A DNA stretch of 63,044 bases, the filler included, from Stramenopiles sp. TOSAG23-2 (lineage: Eukaryota), in NCBI GenBank assembly GCA_900128395.1. It is 36 parts of 36 records of this genome, joined end to end, with 100 filler letters (N's around TTAATTAATTAA, not from the genome) between each part and the next. Parts side by side here need not be neighbours in the genome. Positions count along the whole stretch, not along the records: positions 50,930 to 52,576 come from LT652550.1; positions 52,677 to 54,322 come from LT652551.1; positions 54,423 to 56,068 come from LT652552.1; positions 56,169 to 57,813 come from LT652553.1; positions 57,914 to 59,557 come from LT652554.1; positions 59,658 to 61,301 come from LT652555.1; positions 61,402 to 63,044 come from LT652556.1; 29 more parts are not named here. The stretch is one strand, 5' to 3'. Under the pieces are notes generated by a model, which saw only the letters and a program-made list of their open reading frames with translations, did no database searches and was not told where the DNA came from. The translations under genes were made by a program, and so were the position numbers. This document shows positions 51,508-63,044 of this stretch, one piece after another. Every line of letters begins with the position of its first letter. Positions within the stretch are counted from its first letter, which is position 1.

Positions 51508-52483
51508 TCACAACTTGGATTGATAACTTTCCTCAGTTTCATTTGACATTGTTAATGATAGTTTCCATTTATCACCTTTTAGTGAAGATTGAACTGGCGC
51601 TAATCGTTTTGAATTTCCACCATGATGACATTGTTAATGATAGTTTCCATTTATCACCTTTTAGTGAAGATTGAACTGGCGCTAATCGTTTTGAATTTCC
51701 ACCATGATCTTTTGTTTTTACATTACCAACATATTGACTATCACGTCTAAATGTTGCCCATGTATCTAAACCACTTCGAATATGCATATCAATACCTGCA
51801 CTATCATAAACTGCATTGCTCATTTTTTTCATCATCCATAGATGATAACTATCACCACGTGCAATAACTTTTGCCAAACGTATTAATTCATCATCTAATG
51901 AAGCTTTTGGTACTATTCGACTGATAATACCTAATTTCAAAGCTTCATTAGCAAGTACAAATCTTTGTGTAAATAAAATTTCTTTAACTTGTTGCATATT
52001 CAAATTTGCTGCCCATGGAAAGATATTATTCTCAACTAAAGATGGCATATATTTCAAATCTGGTGTTCCAAGGACTATATCAGCACATGCAGAAACTACT
52101 GTTCCATGATAAATGCAATACCCTTTTAAACCACATAATACAACTTTACGTAAATGTCGCCAACGAAGACAAGCTTCAACATCATTTTCATACCACTTAG
52201 TGTAATCTCCTCTTGGACGTGGATCAATTTGTTGTGGAAAATCTGTATCAGCCATTTGAATATCGGAACCTAAATCATGACCACTGGAAAAATGTTTTCC
52301 CTCCCCTCGCAAAATGACAACTTTCACATCATCGTTTAATTCTGCTTGCCTAAATGCATGTTCTAATTCTCTATTCATTTTTCTGGAGACTGCATTAGCT
52401 GTGCTTGTACGGTTTAGTGATATGACATATATATTCTTTTCTTTAATCTCCACTTTGATTTCTGTATAATCACGACTTTCCAT
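51508..52483 (-). CDS. Enoyl-CoA hydratase/isomerase family protein with probable PTS1 (-SKL)
   Basis: ISLNR..ANA, GKHFSSGHDL, ANEALKLGIISRIVP; collapsing the 82-bp duplication gives ..EESYQSKL*. Confidence 0.9.
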
Positions 52484-52676
52484 ATTTTTATAAAAAACAC
52501 TGATAATAATAATAATAATAACAACTATATCTTCTTATTTTTTTCAAGTTATCTTTGCTGCTCTGATATTTTCCTTNNNNNNNNNNNNNNNNNNNNNNNN
52601 NNNNNNNNNNNNNNNNNNNNTTAATTAATTAANNNNNNNNNNNNNNNNNNNNNNNNNNNNNNNNNNNNNNNNNNNN

Positions 52677-53116
52677 AGATCCAACACACCATTCTCATTC
52701 GTATCTTTCCGAATACGCCATTTCCAATATTCTAAATATTTTTCATTGTATATTTTACTACAACAAGTAAGTGTAATTGGGCGTTCACTATTCAATATTG
52801 ACTTTGTTGCGTCATCTAAATAAGTAACTTCAAAATCGTAACTTTTTGGTCCATCAACATAAATCGTTTCTATTATATCACCAACTTTCATTCCATATGA
52901 TTGTACATATTTTAATATCGATGGATAAATCGATTTTATATATACATTATGTTTCATTTCTTTTTTATAACTATCACTACTACTATTTAATGGGTTAGTT
53001 ATATTTTTTTCTCCAAATTCACCAATAATTTCATGTTCTGGTAAAAATGTAATTTGATAACGCGTTTCCTCAAAGGCTGGACCTGTGGGGCGTGGAAGTG
53101 ATTGATTGCACCCCAT
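52677..53116 (-). CDS. Putative N-acylated protein with PDZ-like segment, 3' truncated
   Basis: MGCNQS start; GMKVGDIIETI..SERPITL. Confidence 0.6.
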
Positions 53117-53391
53117 ATTGTATGTATACAATATCTATATATCAGGGTTACAATAAAACAAACTAGTAGCTAAATATCACTATTCAAATTTCTTTTCTTT
53201 TTTTACGTCTCGATTTTTTTACCTATCCAGATACAACGTGCTACTGATAAAAGAAAGTTCTTCTCGCCAGTGTCAGTGTTAGGGGATGGACCACGTTGTT
53301 AGTATACTACTTAGTACAATGAGAAAGCTATTTTTTAAAATTACTGGAAAAAAAAAGATAGTATAATTTTAACAAGACAAAGTAGTATCTA

Positions 53392-54322
53392 TCACAAAAT
53401 ATTCCAAATTGATTCCTCTTTGTTCAAATGTTCTTTCAAAGCATTTGCCCATTCCTTTGCCATGCTCAGAGATGGCAATGCGTTTTCAACATTGTCGTCA
53501 CCCTCTTCATCCTCAACAACATCCTCATTCAAATTTTCTTGCCGTTTCACGTATTTATAAAGTTCTTGTACTGATAAACGATCTTCGAACTCCTTCTCAA
53601 TCTTATCAAATAATTGATGTATTTTCTCTGGGAAACAAAAATCATGTATACTTCGTGGACATAATCGAATTACATTTTGGAACAATGCGTCATTTTGCGC
53701 TTTAACTAAATCTTTAATATAAATGTAACCATCCCCTGTTTTGTCTAGAAGGAAGGACATCATCCAAATACTACGACGAAGTCTCTCATCCGTTTCAATT
53801 GATTTGATCAAACTCAAACNNNNNNNNNNNNNNTGCATTTGCTTCTTCTTTATTATTACTAGTTTTCTTATTTTCGTTTGGATTCTTACTATCAATATTT
53901 TTCTTCTTCATACTTTCATATATTGCTAACATGCCTTCCAATAATGATCCAACTAGATTTTGAAGGCAACCTTTTAATTCGTCAATGATAGATGCCAAAC
54001 CTACTATGCACATATCTTCATGATTTTTTATTCTTGTAGCAGTACGTAATATGTCATAATTTTCAAAATCAACAAACATAAATCTAGGCTTAACTTTTTC
54101 TTCCTCTGCATCATATGCTATCAAGATACTGCTACCGAAGAAATCGACGTTGTTTGTTTTAGATTGGAACAAAGTTAACTTTTCCGATAGTAATTTGATC
54201 AATTCACGAAGCAAATCAATTCGAACAATTGTTTGGGACGTGCCTAACTTAAAAAAACGTTCTAATGTCAAATGATCTGTATCGACATCTTGAAATTGAT
54301 GGAAATCTGGATCCCATAAACG
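53392..54322 (-). CDS. Inositol polyphosphate kinase C-terminal part followed by EF-hand region; 5' truncated, internal gap
   Basis: FFGSSILIAYD, FVDF, GLASII; DKTGDGYIYIKDL. Confidence 0.7.
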
Positions 54323-54422
54323 NNNNNNNNNNNNNNNNNNNNNNNNNNNNNNNNNNNNNNNNNNNNTTAATTAATTAANNNNNNNNNNNNNNNNNNNNNN
54401 NNNNNNNNNNNNNNNNNNNNNN

Positions 54423-55560
54423 AAGAATTTCGACGTGGTGTATTCTTACGATTATCTTTTGGTATAGATTTTAACTCCACATCGACGTTCGTAAATGTAC
54501 TTGCCTTTTTTTTTTCCTTCGTTGTTTTGTGTGTAGTATCATTATTCTTGTTCTGTTTGTTATTTTGTTCGAATAATTTAAGTTTGTTTACAAGTTCATT
54601 GTATTCCTCACGTGTTGGTGGATACATATTTTTAGCGTGTGCTAATGCAGTTCCTGTTTCTCGATATATATTTCCAGTAGCAAATATCATTAATTCCATT
54701 TTCTTATCTTTAAACATTGTATATACAGCAGATATACTAAAAAGTAAAACTTGAAGAAAAATGGATCGTTGTATTGATCGTTTCATGATTGTATACTCTT
54801 CACCTTGTATGGTGTAATTAAATAAAACTACTTCTTTATTCCAATTTCCAAATGTATTTCCGTAAATGTTGTAAATATTTAAAACTGTGGATAAACTTCC
54901 ACAAATAATCACAAACATACGACTTTTTAATTTTACTGCATCAATAAATAAAAAAGCATTTATTACTACTATATTTATAAATCCCATAATTGGTGATAAT
55001 GAGTTCATTGGTCGTCCAATCTCAATAATCCAATTTAAAATTGTTAATAAAATAATAACAACCACATTTGTTTCTTTTAGCAATCGTTTTATAATTACTA
55101 ATGAGACATTTTTATAATATAATATACCAAAACATATTATTGCAAGAACAGCAAATATAATTACTGCAGTACGTAATCCAACATTTGTTCCACCAGCAAG
55201 AAGATAACATATCAACGCAAGGAAAGCAAAAAGTCCTACCCCACGTTGTCCCCATTTTACACGCCAATCCAACCAATCATCCATTACAACATCTTCACCT
55301 AATAATATCATACTTTTACGCCGTACCGTATTATTATGATATATATCTGCCAAAGAATTTCGACGTGGTGTATTCTTACGATTATCTTTTGGTATAGATT
55401 TTAACTCCACATCGACGTTCGTAAATGTACTTGCCTTTTTTTTTTCCTTCATAGTTTTGTGTGTAGTATCATCATTCTTGTTCTGTTTGTAATTTTGTTC
55501 GAATAATTTAAGTTTGTTTCTAAGGTCATTATATTCCTCACGTGTTGGTGGATACCCCAT
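54423..55560 (-). CDS. Uncharacterised ~6-TM membrane protein reading into a second diverged copy
   Basis: Six hydrophobic segments; N-terminal YPPTREEYN block recurs in frame 930 bp later. Confidence 0.85.
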
Positions 55561-55620
55561 CTTCGCCTACGTATTACCAACTTGTAGAATCATATATCTT
55601 CTGTTTTCATTTCTTCATCC

Positions 55621-55651
<31 letters not shown>
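55621..55651. repeat. (ATCT)n microsatellite
   Basis: Perfect tetranucleotide run. Confidence 0.95.
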
Positions 55652-55653
<2 letters not shown>

Positions 55654-55710
55654 CTTGGTTTAATTCTTCTTTTTTTATTATTTTTGGGTCGCTTTTTAAC
55701 TACTAATAAA

Positions 55711-55922
55711 AAAAACCTGGTCCACAGTATTCACCTGCTATATATACAATGGATATAGCATACAAGATAGACATACCATTGTAAATGTTTGATAGTATAT
55801 ATTATAATATTTAGTATATAATAAGTACGAAACCAAATAAATATAATCTAGTAATACCATTACATGGCATGCTATGTAGTATACACCCACTATAGCAGGT
55901 GAATACTGTGGACCAGGTTTTT
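55711..55922. mobile_element. 212-bp MITE-like element with perfect 32-bp inverted repeats
   Basis: aaaaacctggtccacagtattcacctgctata (55711-55742) and its reverse complement (55891-55922). Confidence 0.6.
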
Positions 55923-56168
55923 GAACCACATAGGCACATAGGTATAGATCTATAATTTCCCATTCAAGTATAAATTATGTGTCATCATTTGATAGCCAAG
56001 ATCTTTCTTCCGGATATTACAAAAGCAACATCACTTTTGTTGTAAATCTCCAAAATCATTTCCAAATTNNNNNNNNNNNNNNNNNNNNNNNNNNNNNNNN
56101 NNNNNNNNNNNNTTAATTAATTAANNNNNNNNNNNNNNNNNNNNNNNNNNNNNNNNNNNNNNNNNNNN

Positions 56169-57813
56169 TGGGCTACACTTCATTTAGATTTAAAGCAAGC
56201 GAATGTTTTAAAACCATTACAGGGAATGTTATTAGCACTTTTTAACATGTTAAAAGAAGATAGCTATGTAATGACGGAATATGAGGTTAGCGTTATTTTG
56301 CCTTGCTTAGCGTTGCATGTTGGTAATAAAATCGAACGTTTAGCAGATAATTACAGGACAATGATGAGGATTATTAGTACACTTCATGATCCAGCTAAAG
56401 TAGCACAATTGATCTTATTTGGCATTGATGCACGTGCAATACGTAATAGTAAATCTAGAAAAATTAATTTAGATGAAATTGGAAGGCTTATAGTGACGCA
56501 AGGATGGAAAGTTGTTGGAACCAAAGGTCTAAGATCCATTGCATCCGAAATAGATAGTCAAACAGAAGCTATTCGACAAGGGGCGCTCGTAGCAATTGTT
56601 GCTGCGTGGGAAAAAATTGATCGTGATACCGAAAAAATATTTAAATGCATTGGTCGTTCTTTAAGTTCAAAAGGGGAGACATTGTTAAAGCAACGTTTGG
56701 AAGCTGTGTCTGGTGAACCAATACCTGATTTTACAAAAAATCAGAGTAAAAAAACTGCAGATAATAATAATAGTAATAGTACAAAACCAGTGGAACGAAC
56801 AAAATCCAATAAAATTTCAGCAGCATCTCGTTCAGCGGCATCAACAAAGGCTTTATTTGCTGATATCGATGCAATGACTACCTCATTACGTTCTCCTCCT
56901 AAAACAAATATTGATGTTGAATCGATAATGAATGGCAATGCTGAAAACAATGCGAATTTGAAAGAGGATGAATTCAATTTTGAATTCCAAGAAATATCTG
57001 ACCAAGAATTGAACTTCGTTGTAAGTCAAATTGAAAATTTAGAAATTGATAATAGTCCAGCTAAAAATTTAGCTGTATCTTTGGTGAAAAAAGATTCGAT
57101 TGGTTCCTCTGATGGTCATGGGTCACCTTTGATGGATTATTCAACAAAACAAAATGCTTCGGAAGACGCAAATCCTGCAACAGAAGCAATTAAGACGGTA
57201 ACGAAGATTGTAGCATGCATTGATGATTGGCAAACACAAGAAGTTAAAAATGAAGCGGGAGAAGCAAGACCATGTTTTGATTCGTTGAAGAAATTGACTG
57301 ATATATTCGCACCAGAAAATGATGTTAAAAATGCTGATCAACGTATTTTAATTGCATTATCTGATGCCAATTTAGTACCTGCAATCGTTGAAAGGGTATG
57401 CTTAGTAATTGAATTTGGAATGGAAGAGAAAAATGGATTAAGTTCAATATATACTACAAGAGCATTGACTGTACTTGTGAAAATGATGGAACATAAAGAT
57501 TTTGTAAAAACAATGGGTGTCGATGCATTAAAATTGTTAATAAAATTGACTGTTCAAAATTTAGTCTTTGGGAAATTAGGAGAAGCATCAGTAGGAGCAT
57601 GCAATAGAATCGCAAATTACACGGCAAAACATTGCAATAGAAGCCATATGTTTTTAGCGTTGATTTCATTATCATCAGAATTTCCTGTAAAGTCACAAGC
57701 GCAAAGTTTAGTAGTAAAAATGTTTTCTAAAACTATTAGAATGGAGGCAAAGGAACCATATTTAAAAGGTAACAAAGCGTATGCAAATATAGATGATATG
57801 AGCATTTATACAG
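56169..57813 (+). CDS. CKAP5: XMAP215/ch-TOG TOG5 and C-terminal region (fragment)
   Basis: MTEYEVSVILPCL..VG, PAKV..GI..NSKSR..LDEIGRLI, IRQGAL parallel ch-TOG TOG5. Confidence 0.78.
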
Positions 57814-57913
57814 NNNNNNNNNNNNNNNNNNNNNNNNNNNNNNNNNNNNNNNNNNNNTTAATTAATTAANNNNNNNNNNNNNNNNNNNNNNNNNNNNNNN
57901 NNNNNNNNNNNNN

Positions 57914-58758
57914 GCTCGTTGCTCTATTACACTTAATCTTGATATTTTCTTGCGATCTTTACGTCGAGTAGAATTTGTCATAGTTTCTTTATAGAAAGCT
58001 TCATAAACGAACATAAATTTTAATGCTCGCTTTCGTTCTCTTAATGATGTATAAATACCACCAGATAATAACATTAAAATAGAAGAACTCAATGCCAATT
58101 GCATATCACATGAATTAACATTAGCCAAAGTAGGTATTGTATAACATTTTGTCCAAAACAAAGACGCGCCAATGTAATATATATACACTAGAAAAATACC
58201 AAATGTCACAAACACTTTAAATCGATTTCCTCGAATAATTAAACAATCCATGAATAAACATGTATATGTCAATATGACAATAGTTATTATCTTCACTGCA
58301 TCAAAATATGAGTTCCAAGCTGGCATGTCAGATAATATCAATAAAATACAATATGCAATACAAAATAAATTCTTTCGTTCTCGAAGTACTAAGCCTAATG
58401 CTTCTTTTGATATATTTTTGTAAAATAAGGCAATAATACATGCAATGATCACAAAACTGAAAATGGTTAAAATAACTTGAATATATGTTTTAATTAACTT
58501 ATGATTGTTCTTTTCATATTTATAAAAGGAATTAAAAACAACAGTAAAAAATGAAATGATTAACAAGACGTACATCCAATATTGTATGATGGTATAATAT
58601 CGTATTTTTTTACTTTTTTCTAGGGTAAAATGTTTTGTTGTTTTTGTATTTCTAAAATCTTTACAATCGCTACGTAATTTCTTTTTTTGAATAAATTTAA
58701 ATTGTTTATCATCTTTATCTCGTAATATTACAAAAATACTATCTATGACATTCTCTCT
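57914..58758 (-). CDS. ~6-TM membrane protein, divergent paralog of the 54423-55560 family
   Basis: Shared YKN.S, L.E, F.D..R F, YT, M.F..Y.ET; frame open upstream of the called ATG. Confidence 0.75.
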
Positions 58759-59657
58759 TTATATATCTGAAATGCAATGACTTGTTCCAACCATTCACTC
58801 TCTCATATATATTTATTTATTTATTTAGTATATGATTTACTTTTACTCTCTCCAAGCAATCTATAATTATTCTCTCTTTATATATATCTGAAATGCAATG
58901 AATTGTTCCAACCATTCACTCTCTCATATATATAATATATTAATTTATTATGCAAAATGTGGGCAAATCTTTTCTTCTCTTTTTATTTTTTGACAAAATC
59001 ATGTTCTCAAAATTCCCAAAAAATACATGCACACCTTCCAATTTATATAATAAATATCCGTATTTGAAGAACTATATAAATTTATTAAATTACACAAATT
59101 ACGAGGACGTACAACTGCTATATCGATATACAAAATGATTTTTGAGATTGCTTCTTCTTTTCTACTGTGTATAATTTTTCGAAGGATTATATCCAGTTTC
59201 CATCTGCACAATAACAGGTACATACCAAGTATAGTGAACCACCGGACGATAAAAATAATTGATAAATTGATCAAATAGATATGTGTGATGTGATATATAC
59301 CGTATGATTAGTATAATTTAATGTAAATAGTTTATATATATTGCGTGTATCGATATATATATCAGAGACACGTAATATAATTGTTGATTTTAATATCACA
59401 GAAACAGTATATGTATATAGGTTGATATACAGGTATATTTTTTTTTTAGAAATATATTATTATCATATATTTAATAATTTTAAATTAATAAAAAAAAAAA
59501 TAAAAAAAATCTATTTATTATGGGTGGTGGAAGTGATTTGAAACGTTTAAGCGTGATNNNNNNNNNNNNNNNNNNNNNNNNNNNNNNNNNNNNNNNNNNN
59601 NTTAATTAATTAANNNNNNNNNNNNNNNNNNNNNNNNNNNNNNNNNNNNNNNNNNNN

Positions 59658-60613
59658 AACGCTGAATTATGATCAATTGGTGTATCACCTGGTTCTCCAA
59701 TAATCATACTATTATTAGTTTTTCGTTTCTCGTCGTAATTTTCTACTTTATCTGTTGCGTCTTCATTCTCCTCTTGTTCTTCTTCTTCGATAGCATCGTC
59801 TTTCATATATTTATTTGCATTTAAATTTGTTTTATCATTATCATTATTATTATTATTGGTAAAAAAGTTTTTTTTTCCAATATCTTTAAACGATACTTTC
59901 AATTTATCATTATTATCATTATAATTATTTTGTTTCTTCATATTTTTTAAAATACCATTATCATTTTTTTCATCATCATCATTGCTTGGAGTGTTTTTCT
60001 TTTTTGTGCTATTCCATATATTTCTATTCAGGTTTTTACCATCCGCATCATTATTATTATTTTTAACATCTTCATCGAAGTCCTCATCGTCTTCCTCATC
60101 TTCAATATTAATTGCTTCGCTTTCTTCACGTTTTGTGCCTTCAAGTTTTGAATAACGAAAAGCTCTTTCCCATGTATTTGCTTCATTCTTTGTATCAAAC
60201 AGTAGAAATAATGGACCACGTTCTTTACCACTTTTTTTCCTCAATCCTGTTATTCGAATACATTGCATACCTGATTCAAGTATATCTTCATTTAAATCAT
60301 CATCTTCAATATTTAATATTTTACAGCGAGTGCCAGGACTATAATAATAATGACCAATATTTTTACCACCTTCCAACACTTTAAAATATTCCAGATTTCC
60401 TTTACCAAATCCTAAATAACGTGTTACAGCTCTACCGAATCTATTTCCAACTTTGGTAAATCCAAAGCGTTCATTTTGTACACGTTCAAATGCTTTTTGA
60501 TTTAACAATGCTTCACGCCTTTTTTTCGCCCTTTCTCTTTCATTAAATAAACTATCACTATTACTTTTTTTCGGTGCTTTCATTGTGAAATTCATCCTAT
60601 TTTTTTTACTCAT
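59658..60613 (-). CDS. PH-domain-like protein, 3' truncated
   Basis: RYLGF..LEYFK and LFLLFDTKNEANTWERAF. Confidence 0.7.
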
Positions 60614-61174
60614 TTTATTTTTAATTGTTATTATTTACAATATTTTTTCTTGTTTTTTTACAGTGTATATTCAAAGGAGGAGGGTGGAGGAGGAAGAAAG
60701 AGGAGGTGAAATGCTTTTACTTGAAGTATAATATTTGTACAATTGAATATGAATACTTTACGTTATTATATGTTACATATATATTCTTTGTACTCTATAC
60801 ATCTTCTTCCTTCCCTCCTTCCTCCTCCCGATGTTAATATATTTACCAACTTATACGCATCGATCCATGCATGCATGCATATATTTTAGCAGGTTAAGGT
60901 ATTAGTATAGTTTAAGTTATAAATTATAATTTGGATGATTTTGCACAAAAAATGACACATTAATTTTAATTTGCTTGCTTGAGTGGGAAATTAGATAGAA
61001 TACAGTAAAAATCACCACATCTTAATAGTAAATGATGTTATATATTACACATACATCATCTGTGTATATCTCGACTAATAAATACTATCATCATATCAAA
61101 AATCAAATATAATCATATATTTATTTACATGTATATACATACAGTATTATTATCATTATTATTCATTACAAACA

Positions 61175-61301
61175 ATGAGTGGTGCAACAATATCAACTAC
61201 TAATTATGGTCCACTCAATTTACCATTGGTGAAAAAATCCTTTGAGTCAATTTTTCCAAAATGTGAATATGAAAAATATATCAGTGAAGAATACAGCCCA
61301 C
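61175..61301 (+). CDS. Hypothetical protein N-terminus
   Basis: ACAATG start, open into linker. Confidence 0.45.
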
Positions 61302-61401
61302 NNNNNNNNNNNNNNNNNNNNNNNNNNNNNNNNNNNNNNNNNNNNTTAATTAATTAANNNNNNNNNNNNNNNNNNNNNNNNNNNNNNNNNNNNNNNNNNN
61401 N

Positions 61402-61555
61402 ACCACGACGTATTTGCACATTCAATTTGACCACGTTTATTCGATAAACACATTGGTATTGTGTTTCTATACAGTAGTGTGGTTGCTTCTTTAACGTTGA
61501 TACCGTTGTTCACTTTCCTATCTGAAGAGGTATTATTTTTAATATCTACATCCAT
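61402..61555 (-). CDS. Hypothetical protein N-terminus
   Basis: ATG-initiated frame open into linker. Confidence 0.4.
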
Positions 61556-62692
61556 AATATTATGCTTGTTATATATATATACAGTTAAAAAAAAACGACA
61601 ATTGACAAAAATTTATTAGGTATTTATTGATATAAATGCAGTAGTTGTTTGCAAAACTGGTTAATGGATTGCTTTGTATTCTTTGATATTACTATCTACT
61701 ATTCAATTATATATACACGAACTAAAATCTATATATACTGTTATTCTGTATATATATTAAACGTGCAATGATGAGATAATATAATATATATATATATATA
61801 AAACCACACCTACCTTGTTCTGTTTCAATTATATACAAGTGACTTATTATGAAAATAAAACAACTTTAAAATGATGAGATAATATAATATATATATATAT
61901 ATATATATTACATACCTTGTTCTGTTTCTGTTATATACAAGTGACTTCTTATGAAAATAAAACAACTTTACACAAGAATCTATCCACACACACAGAAAGG
62001 AAGATAACGAAAAGGGGAAAGCTTACTTATATGTAATAAATATATATATATTTTGATTAATAATTGGAGTACAAATTTATTATAAATTAGCATGGAAATA
62101 CAACTACGATCCTTGTTAATCCACAAAATGTAATTAGGAGGTGCTAAAAGTAGTGCTATCTAGTGCTGTGACGTAGGTGAGTCTAACTAGAATTCTGCAA
62201 GCCAACAACTGGCAAGACCACGTAACTAGAATTCTGCAAGACCACGTAACAAAATAACAAAATAAAACTATTCACTATTGGAAATATATCGTTTTCTAAA
62301 ATGCCAATTTTATTTTACATGTATTTGTTTAAAAAGAGGGTCCGGTATAGCACTACTAAAACAAAATAGGGTAGCACTGCGCACGCACTGTAACTGCGCA
62401 CGAATGATTTTGTGGATTTTCCTTCTTTATATCGCACTTTGGCACCTTGCCCAGCTTGCCCGGACTGACTATTTAGAGTCGGATAATAATAATAATATCC
62501 TCATCCCTTCCTCTTGTTTATTTAGAGTCGGATAATAATAATAATATCCGATAATTTATAATTATTTACTATTATCATTAATATATTTGATAATTATTTT
62601 TATAAGATAAAAATTCTTAAATGTTATTGATTTTTTTAAGGCGGCATCATCGCCATCACATCGCCATCTTTTAAAACTCTGCCTAAGGCTTT

Positions 62693-62830
62693 TGCAATCC
62701 AGCAATCCTGGCAATCCAGCAATGTGCCAACAGGCAATCTGGCAATCCTGGCAATCTGGCAATCCAGGCAATCTGGCTGATGGCCCAGCTGGCAATCCTG
62801 GCAATCCTGGCAATCCAACAATCTGGCAAA
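62693..62830. repeat. Minisatellite of GGCAATC(C)W 8-9 bp units
   Basis: About a dozen degenerate ggcaatcct/ggcaatct/ggcaatcca copies. Confidence 0.9.
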
Positions 62831-63044
62831 TACTAAATCCATTATTATTCTATTTTTGCATAAATAGAAATAAAAGCTATGAATATATATATATATTTAT
62901 ATAATATATGAGTGAGGAGATGTAATATAATATTCATATGTATATGTATATGTAAAAAGATAAAAGAAGAAGATATAAATAAAACAACAAAAATGAAATT
63001 CATGACACCGCTGCTCCTACTTGATTACCATAGGATTATTTTTT

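Noticed and set aside
1668-61401. Regularly spaced TTAATTAATTAA palindromes as a CRISPR-like or biological repeat
   Set aside because: Always embedded in fixed N runs with stops in six frames; a synthetic linker between size-sorted contigs
62562-62904. ORFs with PGLPGL, DCQDCQ or NPGNPG repeats
   Set aside because: Alternative translations of the 8-9 bp minisatellite, whose unit length does not preserve frame
1-63044. Alternative genetic code, rRNA, tRNA or CRISPR arrays
   Set aside because: Conserved genes read through with the standard code and end at TAA, TAG or TGA; no RNA gene or repeat-spacer array was recognisable by eye

Overview
This is not a contiguous locus. It is a pseudo-scaffold of 36 unrelated ~1.64-1.67 kb contigs, sorted by decreasing length and joined by a 100-nt linker (N44-TTAATTAATTAA-N44), so gene neighbourhood across linkers means nothing and most genes are truncated. 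The source is an AT-rich, intron-poor microbial eukaryote using the standard code (a stramenopile-like heterotrophic protist is my inference, not shown). Recognisable genes: IMPDH, mevalonate kinase, JMJD6, MIOS/Sea4, two XMAP215/CKAP5 fragments, NEMF/Rqc2, mitochondrial uL22, a peroxisomal SLC25A17-like carrier, a divergent ADP/ATP carrier, RWD-RING E3, enoyl-CoA hydratase and a U1-C-like zinc finger-WW protein. Best leads: (1) a MYRF/MrfA-like protein with a Ser-Lys self-cleaving S74 chaperone domain; (2) a ~6-TM membrane protein family I cannot name, with one internally duplicated copy and a paralog on another contig; (3) a matrixin with a bacterial-type peptidoglycan-binding domain and no cysteine switch; (4) a phage-type Dam methyltransferase remnant beside a bacterial DUF1185-like gene; (5) an ankyrin-SAM-kinase with an IRE1/RNase L-like start; (6) TACGA/TCGTA motif clusters 3' of genes; (7) a 208-bp inverted-repeat foldback element. 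Many exact 80-140 bp tandem duplications look like assembly artefacts that frameshift real genes. All family calls come from motif recognition by eye; no searches were run.
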